64,000 nucleotides of DNA from Pseudovirgaria hyperparasitica (taxonomy: Eukaryota): the NCBI GenBank assembly GCA_010093815.1, contig ML996579.1, one strand, 5' to 3'. Position 1 is the first letter of the stretch. Every line of letters starts with the position of its first letter. The notes below the pieces were generated by a model. The model saw only the letters and a program-made list of their open reading frames with translations. It was not told the origin of the DNA and did no database searches. Shown here in pieces: positions 1-12,132 of the stretch. The position numbers were made by a program, and so were the translations under genes.

Positions 1-2
1 TT

Positions 3-182
3 GGTGGGAGTGATACGGATGAGAGGGCGCAGGTTGGGGCGAATCCGAATGGTGGTGGTGCTGGGGACGGAGGGGATGGAGGTGCTGCGGGGGAGAATGC
101 GGCGGCGGTGGGTGTGGGACCGAGAGGTTGGGTGGTTGCGGTTGGGGTGCTGCTTGCTTCGGGGGTTGGGTTGGTGGGATAG
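3..182 (+). CDS. 3' end of a probable GPI-anchored/cell-wall protein (truncated by window start)
   Basis: Frame 3 is open from the edge: GGSDTDERAQVGANPNGGGAGDGGDGGAAGENAAAVGVGPRGWVVAVGVLLASGVGLVG*. A Gly-rich linker, an N-A-A omega-like site and a hydrophobic tail precede TAG at 180-182. Confidence 0.5.
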   Translation, partial: GGSDTDERAQVGANPNGGGAGDGGDGGAAGENAAAVGVGPRGWVVAVGVLLASGVGLVG

Positions 183-313
183 AGAGGGGGATGAAGGGAG
201 AGAATAGGGGGTTGCATTTGTTGGGTGCGTGCATATTTGCTGGATTCTCGCTGGGCTTTGTTACGGAAGTAGAGGCATGCATTGAGATGGCGTTGTGCGT
301 TCGTTTAGGGGGT

Positions 314-428
314 GTGTATGTTTGTATGTAGGTATGTATGTGTCTGTATGTATGTATATTTACATGTCCATGTACACTCGAGGAAGCTCGATCGATCAGA
401 ATATCTATATATACGTATACATATACAC
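314..428. repeat. Degenerate (TATG)n/(TA)n low-complexity tract
   Basis: tgtgtatgtttgtatgtaggtatgtatgtgtctgtatgtatgtata..., between two convergent 3' ends. Confidence 0.6.
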
Positions 429-473
429 TCAACACCGCCGTCTTCCGCTCACTACCTCCCTACTCCCTACTCT

Positions 474-1630
474 CTACGCCCCCTTCGCGTCTGGCGGACA
501 CAGCAGCTCCCTCCCATGCTTCTCATTCCACGCCTCCGTGCTCTCGAGCATAGCCCACCGCACGCCATCCAGCCCACACGGCAACACGACCGAACACGCC
601 AGAATCGGAGGCGCATGATACCTGCCCCCGCGCAACTCATTCTGCATCGCCGCAACCTCACCCTGCACCTCCTCCATCCGCGCCCTCACGCGCTGCACAT
701 CCCTCTCCCTCTCCCTTTCCCTCCCCTCCACCCCCCTATTCTTCCTCCCCTCCTCCCCCCACTCCCCCCCAACAATCCGATCAACCTTACTCAACACCAG
801 CGTAAACGCCAACCCACCCCTCACCAGAATCTCCAAAACCCGCCTATCCCCGCCCTGCACCCCGACCTCCGCATCAATCAACAGGAACCGCATGCCCAAC
901 TGCTCGCGCCGCTGCAGATATTTCACAATCTCCACGCCCCACTCCGCGCGACTGCCGTAGCCGTAGCCGGGCATGTCGACGAGGACCATGGCGCGTTTGC
1001 CGAACCAGGTGCGTTGGCGGGCGTTGTATGCTGCGCCGCCGAGGCCGATGGCGTTCATGCTGGTTGTGTGGCCGGGGGTTTTGCTGACGCTGGCGGGGCG
1101 GCGCGGGTTGGGCGTTGTTGGGGGGATGTGCAGGAGGGCGTTGAGGAGGGAGGATTTGCCGGCGTTGGAGCGGCCGAGGAGGGTTGTCTCGGGGAGTTCG
1201 GAGACGGGGAAGTGGGCGAATTTGGAGAGGGGGGAGAGGCGGGNNNNNNNNNNNNNNNNNNNNNNNNNNNNNNNNNNNNNNNNNNNNNNNNNNNNNNNNN
1301 GTTTGCGTAGTGGAGGGCGGTTGGGCTTGGGGGGTTGTTGTGTGGGTAGAGGCCTAGGGCGGATTGGGGGAGTGCTGGGTTGGAGGGGGGTTTGGGGATG
1401 GGTTTGGTTGCTGTTGTTGTTGTTGTGGTTTTGGATCTTGTGGATTGTGGGCGGGAGGGTTGTGTCGAGGGGGTGTGGTGGTCGAGGTGGAGGTGTCGGG
1501 TTGGTGGTGATGAGGACGACGAGATGCTCAGGGAGGACGAAGTGGTGGTGAATGGCCACGAGTGCGCCGACGGTCGAGGATTGCTGTGGAGTGCGACATC
1601 GAGGAAGCGCGTCGCCGCACGATGCGACAT
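474..1630 (-). CDS. EngB/YihA-family GTPase (MRX8/GTPBP8-like, probably mitochondrial); interrupted by assembly gap
   Basis: G1 GRSNAGKS, G2 KTPGHT, G3 DMPGYG, G4 SKVD. The likely N-terminus (MSHRAATRF...PPSPTALHYAN) is in a different frame on the far side of the N gap. Confidence 0.85.
1244..1300. other. Assembly gap (57 N)
   Basis: Run of N within GC-skewed low-complexity sequence. Confidence 1.
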
Positions 1631-1853
1631 TCCAGAGTGTAGAAAAGTCGAAGAACGAGGTTTGGCGTCGCGGGCGGGAGAAGTGAAAGATATAAATATT
1701 ATATTTCCTACCTGAGATGGATAGCGCCGCGCTCCCACGTGCTGACGTGATCTACGGAGCCACCAACTTTGCGGCGAACCCCATCGACACCCCCGACGCT
1801 CCATCAACAACAACACATCATCACTCACACTCGATACAACTCCCCGTCTGACA

Positions 1854-2210
1854 ATGGCATCGGCACACTCCCCGCAACTACGATCTCTCTACAGACGCCT
1901 CCTGCGCGAACTCCCCACGAAAGCCAGCCCCTCAAACACCATCCTCTCACATCCATCCCCGATCCAACAACGGATACGGTCTACATTCGCAGCACGCTCC
2001 GCCGCCGCCCCAGACGCAGAAACAGCAGCCGTGCCAGAGATCCAAGCCGTAGATCAATTCATCCAGACCCTAAAGGCACAGCGGATGTACGCAACGCTAG
2101 TCGAGAGATACAACCCGGGCATGAACATGAACGAGGAAGAACGAGTGCGTCTGACGGCGAGGAAGGTGGGCATGAACCTGCCCATAGAGTTTGTGGACGA
2201 CAAGAGATGA
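1854..2210 (+). CDS. FMC1: Mitochondrial ATP synthase assembly factor Fmc1 (LYR family)
   Basis: LRSLYRRLLRELP LYR motif and C-terminal QRMYATLVERYNPG...EERVRLTARKVG; 118 aa, no intron. Confidence 0.9.
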   Translation: MASAHSPQLRSLYRRLLRELPTKASPSNTILSHPSPIQQRIRSTFAARSAAAPDAETAAVPEIQAVDQFIQTLKAQRMYATLVERYNPGMNMNEEERVRLTARKVGMNLPIEFVDDKR

Positions 2211-3445
2211 TGTGTTTGAGAGGGTTCTTTGGGGCGAGTCGCGGATACCGTGAGGGACGGAAAGCGAGCAGTAGTTTGGAGGAAATGCTTGCCGTCCGTC
2301 GGCTGGCTGAATGGCTCTTAATGCGTTGTCCGGGCACAGCAAGCAGCCATGCGTTTAGGGCTGCATGGATAGACAGACAGACACCCTCCAGATCGGCTCG
2401 GAATCGTCCTTGGGCGCGCATCAGCATACAAGAGCGCATAGCGCGGCTAATGCGGCGGCGTCCCTTTCATCGAAGCACAACAAAAACATGTACATGTACA
2501 TGAGTAGAACAACGACGACGACGGCCGGACTTGCACTGTACATATCACGCAGAAGCATCATAAATCAGCATCTTAGACAACAATATCGTAGACATCTACA
2601 CTGCTTGCCAATCACTCCAAGTGCACACCTACCCTAACACCCAGCATCACACAAACTCCATCCCATCCCCGTAGACACCATCCCCTCTCACCATACCCCA
2701 AACCCACAAACACACACTATCCGACCATACAAGATGTCCGACAGACCCATCAAACCCCCCTCAGCCCTACAAACCCCACAACCCACCCCCCCAGCATCTA
2801 CGTGTCCATGTCCATCCGCACCCCCCCAGACCGCCAACGCGGCAAATTCACGCCCCAATAACCAAGTCCATCAAAAGCCCTACCACCTCACGCAATCCAT
2901 ACGTGTACGCGCGAAAGAACCGCCCCCCCTTTCCAATCCACAATGACTTAAAAAATTGCGGCACAGTCGCGCCGAGAAAATACCCGCGCCAATCACACAC
3001 ACGCCCCCGACGACGACAAACGGCAGGCTTCTGACTGCGCGGCTGCGAGGTAAGCGCTGCGGCACGGTTGGTTGACTGAGGGGCTAATTAGGGCTGGGTA
3101 CTTGTTGCGGAGAGAGGGGAGGAGAGAGATGAGGAGAGAGGTGTATGAAGCTTGATTCGTGGATCGGACTGGGGGGTTCATATGAGCAAGCGAGCAAGCG
3201 AGAAAGAGAAAGTGAGAAAGTGTGTACGTGTATATGTGTTGAGCTTTTATGAGAGTGAGAGCGTTCAATGGAAGTGTATTCACCGGATCGATATTTCAGC
3301 TTCGCAGCGTGGGCGCCGAAACTGTTGACGAAATTTGGTAAGTCTCTTTTCTTTATCTTTTGTCGAGAGTCAGACAGAAGGAGGGGGCAATGGGGAAAGG
3401 CCCAACCAAGCACGTGGTAAACTGATGGAGATTTGAAGAGGGCTG

Positions 3446-4698
3446 ATGATGAGAGGCTTAGATGCCGCCGACGTGGTCGTGCCAGTGACTTTCGAGGATA
3501 TATTTACGCCGGCGACCAAGACGGCCATGAGCACGACGACGACGACGCACGAGGATGATGGGGTGGAGGGAGCGCAGCAGCAACTGGATCCTGAGATTCA
3601 GAAAGGTATTGAATATTACTATTGTATTACATGTAGGGCCCACGAGAGTGCTGACGGATTCCATCCAACAAAGCCTTGCCGCTGGAATGCAACATCACAA
3701 ACACGCAGCATCTGCGGTCATCGCCCACAGCAACATGCTACCGCATCGACGTGTCCACGCCCGATGCCGAGCATCACAGCTACTTCCTCAAGCTTGCCCG
3801 CGGCAACACCGGCTGGGAAGCCCTTCGCGGCGAGCACGAGAGCACGCGGCTGATCTACTCGCTGCAACGCGACCTGACTCCCACGCCGATGACGTGGGGA
3901 ACGCTCATGTCCGATAGGAACACACACTTCTACCTCTGCACATACCACGACTTCCAGCCAGGCCTCGCCCCGGATCCCGAGACTTTCTCCAGACAGCTTG
4001 CTGAGCTCCACGTCAAATCCGCATCGCTGGGCGAGCGCAGATTCGGCTTCCATGTCCCGACGTATAATGGCGACATACGACAGCGGAACTCGTGGGAGCG
4101 CCGGTGGGAGACGTTTTTTGCGAAAGGCCTGCAGAGCGCATTCGATTTACACAATGAACGTGCCGGTTACGTCGAGGAGCTCGAGGCTGTAGAGCATGAT
4201 CTGTTCAAGATCGTTGTGCCGAGACTACTGAGACCACTCGAGAGTGATGGACGGAGGATAATGCCAGGACTCATTCATGGAGATCTTTGGCATGAGAATA
4301 CGGCAGTGGAACGAGGTTCCGGTCGAACTATGATATTTGACGCCGCCAGTTTCTGGGGGCATAACGAATGTAAGTCGTATATGCCGACCATGGGATTTTA
4401 GGCTAACTGTGTCATGACCAGATGAGCTGGGATATTGGTTGCCAGAGCACAACAAGTTCGGTGTAGACTACTTCGAAGCCTACCATGAGCTTGTGCCGAG
4501 GTCGGAGCCAGTGGAAGATTATGACGACCGGATTAGACTATACGCTCTGTGGGTTCTTACACCTGTCCCAGCTACTTGTGTGCTGATTCTCGCAGGCGTT
4601 TCAATCTACATGCTGCAGCGCTCTTTCCTGGCGACCTGAAATACAGAGACATGGTCATCGAAGAGGCGCAGCTGTTGGTCGAAAAGTATACCCCTTAG
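3446..4698 (+). CDS. Fructosamine/ribulosamine 3-kinase family protein (4 exons)
   Basis: YFLK, GEHES, FGFHVPTYNG, LIHGDLW, IFDA, HNEYELG motifs. Introns at about 3606-3673, 4370-4421 and 4549-4595. Start may instead be the ATG at 3527. Confidence 0.85.
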
Positions 4699-4835
4699 AT
4701 GAGGATGTCGACAGCCAGTGGTGGTTTGGGGGCTAGAAATTCGGACTATGATACAGTCATGAGCCTTCCACTGAAGGTAAGGTTTTATGTAATTGCACAA
4801 TGCAAGTGATGTCGTAAATGTTCCCTGCCAACAGC

Positions 4836-5462
4836 CTATCGTCGTATGTCGAGCCCTCCAAACGCTCGGTCGAGCTCTTCTCCTTCTCTCGAAGATTGCT
4901 GATGCTGCTGCTGCTGTAATGGTCCATTGGTGAAACTCATCACGTTTCCAGCCATGTTCTGCTGTGAGCCTGACTCTAGTCCTTGATCCAAGGCTCCAGA
5001 CTTCTTCTCAGGAACGAGCATCTTCACATCCTCGTCTAGCCATCCAGGCGCAACTCTCCTCTTCTCCGCCAGTTCCCTCTCTCGGATCCTATCATCCCAT
5101 GCCTTCACCATATCTTTCGCGTCTTTCTCAAGCTTGTCCAGGTGCGCCTGAAGAGCACGACAGTTGGATATGATGTCGTCTGGATGCGCCGAGTGACCCC
5201 CAGCAGACATCACGTAGGCTGGCTTCTGGGACTCTTGGGAGGAGTTTAGAGTTGCGGGATCGTTGGAGCTGGAGTGTGTGTCTAGAGCAGATGGCGGGAG
5301 GGTCGATGGAAGCGACTTGTAGGTATACGGAAGAGTCGTAGCCGACGGTAGAGACAGGAATGGCGAGACTGTGAGCGGGAGTTGGGCTAGGAGATGATGC
5401 GGATCTGAAGCTGTTAAACAAGTACGCCGGGCAAATTGAGTAGACTCACGCTCGTCATGCAT
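4836..5462 (-). CDS. Conserved-looking fungal hypothetical protein (2 exons)
   Basis: MHDE, a gtgagt...ttcag intron, then HPHHLLAQLPLTVSPFLSLP...; coiled coil ending ELAEKRRVAPGWLD. Confidence 0.75.
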   Translation of the reverse strand: MHDERESTQFARRTCLTASDPHHLLAQLPLTVSPFLSLPSATTLPYTYKSLPSTLPPSALDTHSSSNDPATLNSSQESQKPAYVMSAGGHSAHPDDIISNCRALQAHLDKLEKDAKDMVKAWDDRIRERELAEKRRVAPGWLDEDVKMLVPEKKSGALDQGLESGSQQNMAGNVMSFTNGPLQQQQHQQSSREGEELDRAFGGLDIRR

Positions 5463-6088
5463 ATTCAAGAGACTTCACGGGTGCGATTTGTATACTGGAA
5501 AGCCAAAGTAAAGGAGAGCTAAAGTGATGTTGGCAATGATCAATGCTTGATGTCAGTCAATAGTCGCAATACACCACAAATAGTGGGGCATCTGCACGTG
5601 ACGTCAGGGCACAACTCAGTTCTCCTATCAGAGACCTCGAGTGTCATCATTTCATGGATATATAGCTTTGTCTCTCCGATACATCAATAAATTGCAGCAT
5701 GCGCCAGTTCAAAACAGAACGAGGTCCTTGTAGTTCATTTAAGCTCAATCAAGCGCAGTCATGGATATGAAGCAGGGAAACCCCTTTTTGCTGAAAAGCG
5801 CAAACGCTCAAGGAGACGATCCGAACGAGAAGTACATGAGCATTTTACATGGTGATACCAATCTTTCTCATTTATTGTTGAAGTTGAGTTCAGTCCATGA
5901 GAAGTCTCCTATCCATCATGCCTTACCTGCTCCCTATGATTTCCAGAATTCCAACGCACGTGCCGTATTTCCCAAACGGGCGATCTGTGAATATCTCCTC
6001 CTTTCCTTCATTCCCATTCCTTTTCCATCTCGCGTGTTGCACCATCTCCAGGGCCGTTGGCAGCTCTAGTCTAAAATATCGGGATATC

Positions 6089-7037
6089 ATGTTTGCTATT
6101 CGGCAAGCGACCGGCAAAGGTCTGGGGGTCTTTGCGTCCCAGCAGATTCGCTCCGGCCAACGAATCCTGTCCGATCGCGCCCTGCTTACAATATCTGCCT
6201 CAAAAACAGACATTCTTTCACAGGTAACTCTGCTGCCAAAGCTTGATGTAGCTGCTCTCCTTGGACTTTCTCAAAACCCAGCCAAGTCTGGCGTCTTGAG
6301 CTGGCTAGAGTCGATATGGCGTAGCAAATCAGCGCCCTCCAACACACGACTCAATCACACAATCCTAAACATCTTTAGAAACAACAACTTTGACATCGGA
6401 GACGATGTCCGCGCTTTGTTTCCTCGAGTAGCACGCTTGAACCATTCATGTGTGCCTAATGCGCAGGGAAATTTCAACCGCGCGCTAGACAAGTTCACGG
6501 TGCATGCCACGTCCGATATACAGTCTGGAGAGGAGATCACCATTTCGTATCTGGACGATCATCTGGCGCTGAGGGCCAACAGACAGAGCAAGCTCTTAGA
6601 CAATTATGGCTTCGTCTGCGGCTGTAGGGCATGTGACAAGACTCTACCAGAGTCAGCAGCTCGAGAGGCTAGAAGAGCCAAAGCAATTGACCGACTTGAG
6701 AAGTTCGCTCAGTCGGGTCCCGCTGATGCTGGCAAAGAAATGGACGTGGTACTTGCTCTCTTAAACGCGTACCAGGAGGAGGGCATCCGTGGACGAGAGA
6801 TTGCAACCATGTAAGAACCGCATATCTCCCAATGAGGAATTTTGACGCTCATCATAAGAAAGGTACATGGCAGCGGCATCCCAAGCATCAAAGCTGGGCT
6901 TCCAAGAGAAAGCTCGGGAGCTCGCTCTTGCAGGCCTAAAATGTGAAGTAGAGGCTGTTGGGGGTGATAGTCCTTTCTTCGCAGCTACGGAGAAGCAAGC
7001 GAAAGATTTAGGGGTTGGCGTAGACATAAACCTATAG
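6089..7037 (+). CDS. SET-domain lysine methyltransferase (SMYD/Set5-like)
   Basis: GKGLGVFA, RLNHSCVPNA, GEEITISY, post-SET YGFVCGCRAC; one intron at about 6810-6862. An in-frame upstream ATG at 5897 is possible. Confidence 0.85.
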
Positions 7038-7236
7038 AAGGTACATCCTAAGTGAACCCCTTCAGATCAGGAAAGACCAGCGGCAATATCTACTCACGAC
7101 GACGCCCTCGATTCGACGCCGGAGAACTCTACGACATATCTCATGATATCCTACATATTATTGCTATCTACAGTCTTGCTTACTTTTGACATAATATCCT
7201 TCTTTTTTTCCCCGTCGAGACCAAGACAACACCACC

Positions 7237-7851
7237 ATGTGGTCCGCATTGTTTGCTCCACCACAAACTCGACGACCTGTACCCGCCGCTGCACCAGAGG
7301 AGCCAATCGTGCAACCACCAATCGTGCAACCACCAATCGTGCAAACAATACTCGTGCCATCAGTCGCCGAGAAACCAGCCCGGGAAGAAATAACAGCCGA
7401 GCCACCAAAATCTCCAGGAAAATATATTCCCCCGCAAAGGAGACACCTGGATCAGCCTCCGGTCCAGTACCCTTCCACCGATACCATGTTGTTTGTAGCC
7501 GGTTTCACCAGGAATAGCGATGACGCGACGAATGAGAGACACGTTCGCATAATCTTCCGTGGGTTCGAGATGTATGTATCTATCTCCTCTCGCTCTAGCG
7601 CAAGGGTTTTACTGATAACTCCCAGTGTTGAAGTAGGGCGACGGATGCGTAGAGGAGCATCCACTTGGCGGACTCCCAGATTTTATTGCTGCGTGACATT
7701 TTCGACGGCTGCCGAGGCGAAGCTGGCAAGACGGGCTCTGAATCATAGACGGCGCCTGGGATTTGTTATAAGCGTGGCACCTTGGAGGGAATCAGACCCA
7801 GGGAAGCACATGAATCGGCAGTCGGAGTGGCCAGTACTCGTTCAATCTTAA
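7237..7851 (+). CDS. Small RRM-like RNA-binding protein with Pro-rich N-terminus
   Basis: RNP2-like LFVAGF and RNP1-like FYCCVTFST, then AEAKLARRALN. Probable in-frame intron at about 7571-7624 (gtatgt...ctgat...cag). Confidence 0.6.
   Translation: MWSALFAPPQTRRPVPAAAPEEPIVQPPIVQPPIVQTILVPSVAEKPAREEITAEPPKSPGKYIPPQRRHLDQPPVQYPSTDTMLFVAGFTRNSDDATNERHVRIIFRGFEMYVSISSRSSARVLLITPSVEVGRRMRRGASTWRTPRFYCCVTFSTAAEAKLARRALNHRRRLGFVISVAPWRESDPGKHMNRQSEWPVLVQS
7303..7344 (+). repeat. 15-bp coding tandem repeat (PPIVQ x~3)
   Basis: ccaatcgtgcaacca repeated about 2.8 times. Confidence 0.9.
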
Positions 7852-8363
7852 CGTTTGAATATCAATGTGACACTCCGGTGAATGCGCGAGATTGTACTTT
7901 CGCGTAATAGTGATCTTGTATTTCGGAAGACAGAGCTGTTTTTCAATCCTATCTATGCCATGAGCTGCCACAGAATCAACAATGGTTGCAGCTGCATATA
8001 ACAGTCCAAAAACCGCTTAGCGTTCTTCATGTACTATGTACACCATGTGGGGTCACTTACGACCAGGTAGCTGGGCTAAATTAGTAAACTAACTACGGAA
8101 TCCCTGTCGGAATGACACGATCGTCAATCCGACGATGTGAGCTAAAAAATTAAAAGGATCTGATGGATCAGCCCGGGGCCGTAGTACTCAGTCGCACCAC
8201 TTTAAATATTTCGACCTGCCGTGTTTGTAGGTACTGTACATCCTTCTTACCCTCGCACCTATATATATGTAACGTACTGGTACCCATCTGACGAGTAAGG
8301 TTCAAAATACAAAGTCCAACCCCTCGAAATCCAAGAAAAAAAGGGTCGCGACAGCACATCAAG

Positions 8364-9418
8364 ATGCCGATTGCCAAGGAGCATAAGCAATGCGTCGTCA
8401 GATCGGCGACAGACCTACAGGAAGTAGAGGGACTATGGTGGCCCTTGATGAAGGAGCTCGGCTGGGTCAGTATTAAATCACGACAAATCCTCTCTCTCTC
8501 TCCTTCTCACAACACCCATAAAAAACGAACGTGGAACAAACACCAAAAATAACCATGCATTAGAATCGCGCACTCGCAGATGCCAAGACTCACGTCCACT
8601 CCTCCGGTCTCGATGCCTGGCTCATGGCCATTCTGCCAGACGAGGACGGCGACAAGCCAGAAGGCTGCGTCATCCCGTTCACGTACCCGAATTCAACGGG
8701 CTGGTTGGGCTTCTTCATCATGAATGCTGCGCAGCGCGGCCATGGCGTCGGACGGGCGCTGTTTGCTGCGGCCCAGGACTACTTCGCCAAGGCCGGGACT
8801 CAGTACATTGGTCTCGACGGCGTGGAGGCTCAAGTTGAGACGTATGGCCGGCGGGGCTTTGTGACGACGGATCGCATCGCGTGGATGGTGCGCAGCAACA
8901 CGAAGGATGTGCCGCTGCCTCAAGGCCAGCTCTCGGAGAGCGAGCGTCTGGTGCCGCTGGAGGAGGTCGATCGTGCGTTGCTGGTGCAGAGCGATCTGGA
9001 GCACACGGGATTCGAGCGTCGGCGGCTGTGGTCTGATGAGGGGATGTTTTCACGTGAGGATGTCTCTGGATTTGCAGTCGTAGATTCCAAGAGTCCTGAT
9101 CGGCCGGTTAAAGGGTGGATCCTGGTTCGTAGCTGCGAAAAGGGCTTTCGCTTCGGGCCAATCTATGCGAACACTAGAGAGACTGCGTCGCTGCTGGTCT
9201 ATACGGCGACCGAGAGTCTGGAGGCGAGGGAGGGGAGCCTGGTTGCTGAAGTCTGGCGAAGTAACAAGGAAGCCATGTCTGTGATGGAGCACTTTGGCTG
9301 GACGTGGTACATGGACTTTCACAGGATGTGGGTGGATGCTCGGGTCCCGGAGGCACAGCGGAAAGGTGGCAAGGCTGAGACAGGGATGTTTGCCATCTTT
9401 GACGCAAGTGAAGGATAG
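8364..9418 (+). CDS. GNAT acetyltransferase with second YitH-like GNAT domain (2 exons)
   Basis: GWLGFFIM...QRGHGVGRALF acetyl-CoA motif, IGLDGV..Q..TYGRRGF, and C-terminal GFRFGPIYA; intron at about 8466-8563. Confidence 0.8.
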
Positions 9419-9523
9419 GTAATTAATTACAAGTGTATTGAGCCCAGCTCACTGTTTACAACGCACAGACTTTATCAAGAACTACGTCTCTATCCGTATC
9501 CACTTCCTGACAAGGTGTATATC

Positions 9524-10327
9524 ATGGAATCTTCTGACACACAGAGCCCAATGTCCCATTCGACGCAGCCAAGCGTCGTGGACACAGCTAACCTACTACC
9601 TTCAGCTGATGATGAGCCACTTATAATTGTCGACAAGCTCAAAATTCTCACTCAAATCGTAGGATCCGGAGATTCCGTCGCTGAAGCCACCGATTATGCC
9701 GCTGCACCAGACGTCAAGCCTGGAGCAATAGCCAAAGCCTTGGTCGAGATGAAGTATTTGGAACACGCCCAATACGTATACCACAACAAAGGAAACACCC
9801 CACCAGCCATCGACTGGGACAACGACCACGCGCCACCCCCAACATCTCCCAGACCACTGCAAACAGCCCGACGTCGCGCAGAGGCACTCAACCTGCTGTA
9901 CAAAACCACCATAGCAACGCCCGGCCACGCCGTCTGGTGGTCCAAGAATCACAGGGACTGGCTGCCGCTACTGAAAGCGTTTGTCAGAATTGCAGGAGCA
10001 GAGAGGAACGCGAGCAGTGGCGTGAGAGGGTTGACGAGCGTGCAGATGGCGGATCTGCGTACTATCAACAAGGCGCTGAGCGTGGCTACGCTGGTTCTGC
10101 AGAATGCTGATGCTCGGTTCAGATCGTTGGCTGACGTGCAAAAGGCTGTCTTAGGGAGGGAGGGGGACCGGCTTAGGGGGATGATACGCGGTAGAGAGAA
10201 GAGAAAAAGAGGTGTTGATGATGTGGGAGACAAGGGGGGGACAATGAAGATAGGAGGGGACTGTGGCAATGTGCCAGTTATTGGGGGGCATTGGGAATGG
10301 GCATGGAGCATCTATGTTTTCTTCTAG
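9524..10327 (+). CDS. Hypothetical protein (no recognisable domain)
   Basis: 267-codon ORF with protein-like composition and TATA-like sequence downstream of the previous gene. Confidence 0.55.
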   Translation: MESSDTQSPMSHSTQPSVVDTANLLPSADDEPLIIVDKLKILTQIVGSGDSVAEATDYAAAPDVKPGAIAKALVEMKYLEHAQYVYHNKGNTPPAIDWDNDHAPPPTSPRPLQTARRRAEALNLLYKTTIATPGHAVWWSKNHRDWLPLLKAFVRIAGAERNASSGVRGLTSVQMADLRTINKALSVATLVLQNADARFRSLADVQKAVLGREGDRLRGMIRGREKRKRGVDDVGDKGGTMKIGGDCGNVPVIGGHWEWAWSIYVFF

Positions 10328-10846
10328 CGATGCTTTGGGCAATGAGACTTTTTCGTATATAAATTGGCTTTGCCTAAGGTGACTCTTATTCGCCGAGCTA
10401 TTGTAGGGGAAAGGGCGATATAAAATTTTTGCAGCAATTCTCTTGGCAGACGTACTTCGACCTTCCGCGGTTGCCCGGTCAAATTATATATATATATCTC
10501 TCTCTGGTGGAACAGTGTTGCTGATTGACTCTCTCGCTTGAATATTCTACAAGGATCTAGTCTTGTTCGTAACGTTTGTTTGAAACAGTGATCAGCAGCA
10601 TCCCCCCTGAATCACTTCCAGCAAGTTCAGAATCGGTAAATTGCTACGGCGTTCCGTGCCATTAGTCACGATCATAACAGTGAGTACTAGCTACTGAGTT
10701 TTCGACGTCAACATTAGCTGATTAAGCGAAGCTGTGTTTTCACCGGAGCCGATTATATTTCTCGACCAAAACACCAAAACAACTTCTTCCCACCGCCAAC
10801 TCCACCGCCCAAAGCCCCAAGCAAAGAGATCCAATAACCTACCAGA

Positions 10847-11719
10847 ATGGATCCAACTCCCAGACTTAAGCTTATATATCCCAAACTCGGCTGTGACTAT
10901 AAACGTTACAAGCCCAGAGTCTACCCGGAAGTCGCTCGCAAGGGCACCTTCCCCTTCCTCGACCTCTCCGCAGAACTCCGCAACATGATCTACGAGTACA
11001 GCCTCACGCGGGAGTCCATCTATCTCACCGGCGTATCAAAGCCCAAGGAGAGACTCCGCGTCGGCCGCGACCCCGAACACCACGACCGAGACGACGCCCT
11101 CGCCACAGCCCTCCTGACCGTCTGTCGCCAGATCAGCACCGAAGCCGCCGCCGTCCTCTATAGCAACAACTTCTGCTTCCAGGGCATCAACATGTTCTCC
11201 CGCTTCATGGCGGACATCGGCACGCAGATCAGGCTGGTCCAGGACGTTGAGATTGCAATGCAGACGGCCTGCTGGACGCGCAACCTGGCCGTCCCGAAGC
11301 TCGCACACGCAGCGAGCCTGCGCCAGGTGCGTATCTCGCGGTTCAAGTTCGTCACGCTGGCCTTCAGGAACATACGCGACCCAGTCAAGACCTGGATCGA
11401 GATGGACGGCGACGCCGGCATCTTCCATGACGCTGACGGAACGACGAGATCGTTTGATTGTGGGTCGCGCAGCTTCCTGCGCTCGGTGGGACAGTGGAGG
11501 CATAACGAGGACTTTCGACGCCTTGTTTGCGGCTTGAAGGTGTGGGCTCTGCATAATTCGGACAGGGAGAAGGATCCGCATGCTGCGCTCCGCTTGCTGA
11601 AGCCGGGTCGTCACCATGGCATCCAGCGGTGGGATCCCAAGTACGGCGCGGTATTCTGGGCGAGCGAGGACGAGCTCCCGGGCATTCTGAAGGCGTTCTT
11701 GGAGGAGGCTGGTTTGTAG
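10847..11719 (+). CDS. Fungal F-box-like (2EXR/DUF7730-type) hypothetical protein
   Basis: FPFLDLSAELRNMIYEYSL and ALLTVCRQISTEAAAVLYSNNF, typical of this expanded ascomycete family. Confidence 0.8.
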   Translation: MDPTPRLKLIYPKLGCDYKRYKPRVYPEVARKGTFPFLDLSAELRNMIYEYSLTRESIYLTGVSKPKERLRVGRDPEHHDRDDALATALLTVCRQISTEAAAVLYSNNFCFQGINMFSRFMADIGTQIRLVQDVEIAMQTACWTRNLAVPKLAHAASLRQVRISRFKFVTLAFRNIRDPVKTWIEMDGDAGIFHDADGTTRSFDCGSRSFLRSVGQWRHNEDFRRLVCGLKVWALHNSDREKDPHAALRLLKPGRHHGIQRWDPKYGAVFWASEDELPGILKAFLEEAGL

Positions 11720-12132
11720 AGATGGAGACGGTGGCTGGCGGAACAGATACCGACCGGGATCGGGAATAGGAGAAGCTCGAGTACATGGGATATTCGTAGC
11801 CAGCGGAGCGGGAGAGGATTAAGCTTCGATTGAAGCACTTGTATTATTACTGCCAATAGCTCACTTAGCTTGGTTACGCGTTGTCTCCCATATTTGAATG
11901 ACATTGGATTGATAGTGCGTCTGATCTCAGATAACTAAAATGCGCCTGATTTCCTGCACACTTGACGTGTGAGTGGGTATGCTACAATAATATCCCTCCC
12001 TCAAAAACCCCTGGACCAAAAGCTGCCCCATGCATTCATTCTAACCACAGTGAACATGTCAAAGATATCCCCAGGCTAGATCCCAGAAATTTGTTGTCTT
12101 GCTCAATTACCCCAATTATAGCAGCTACCAGC

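Noticed and set aside
2300..3440. Short ORFs in strand-skewed low-complexity sequence
   Set aside because: Composition-driven ORFs with no domain evidence.
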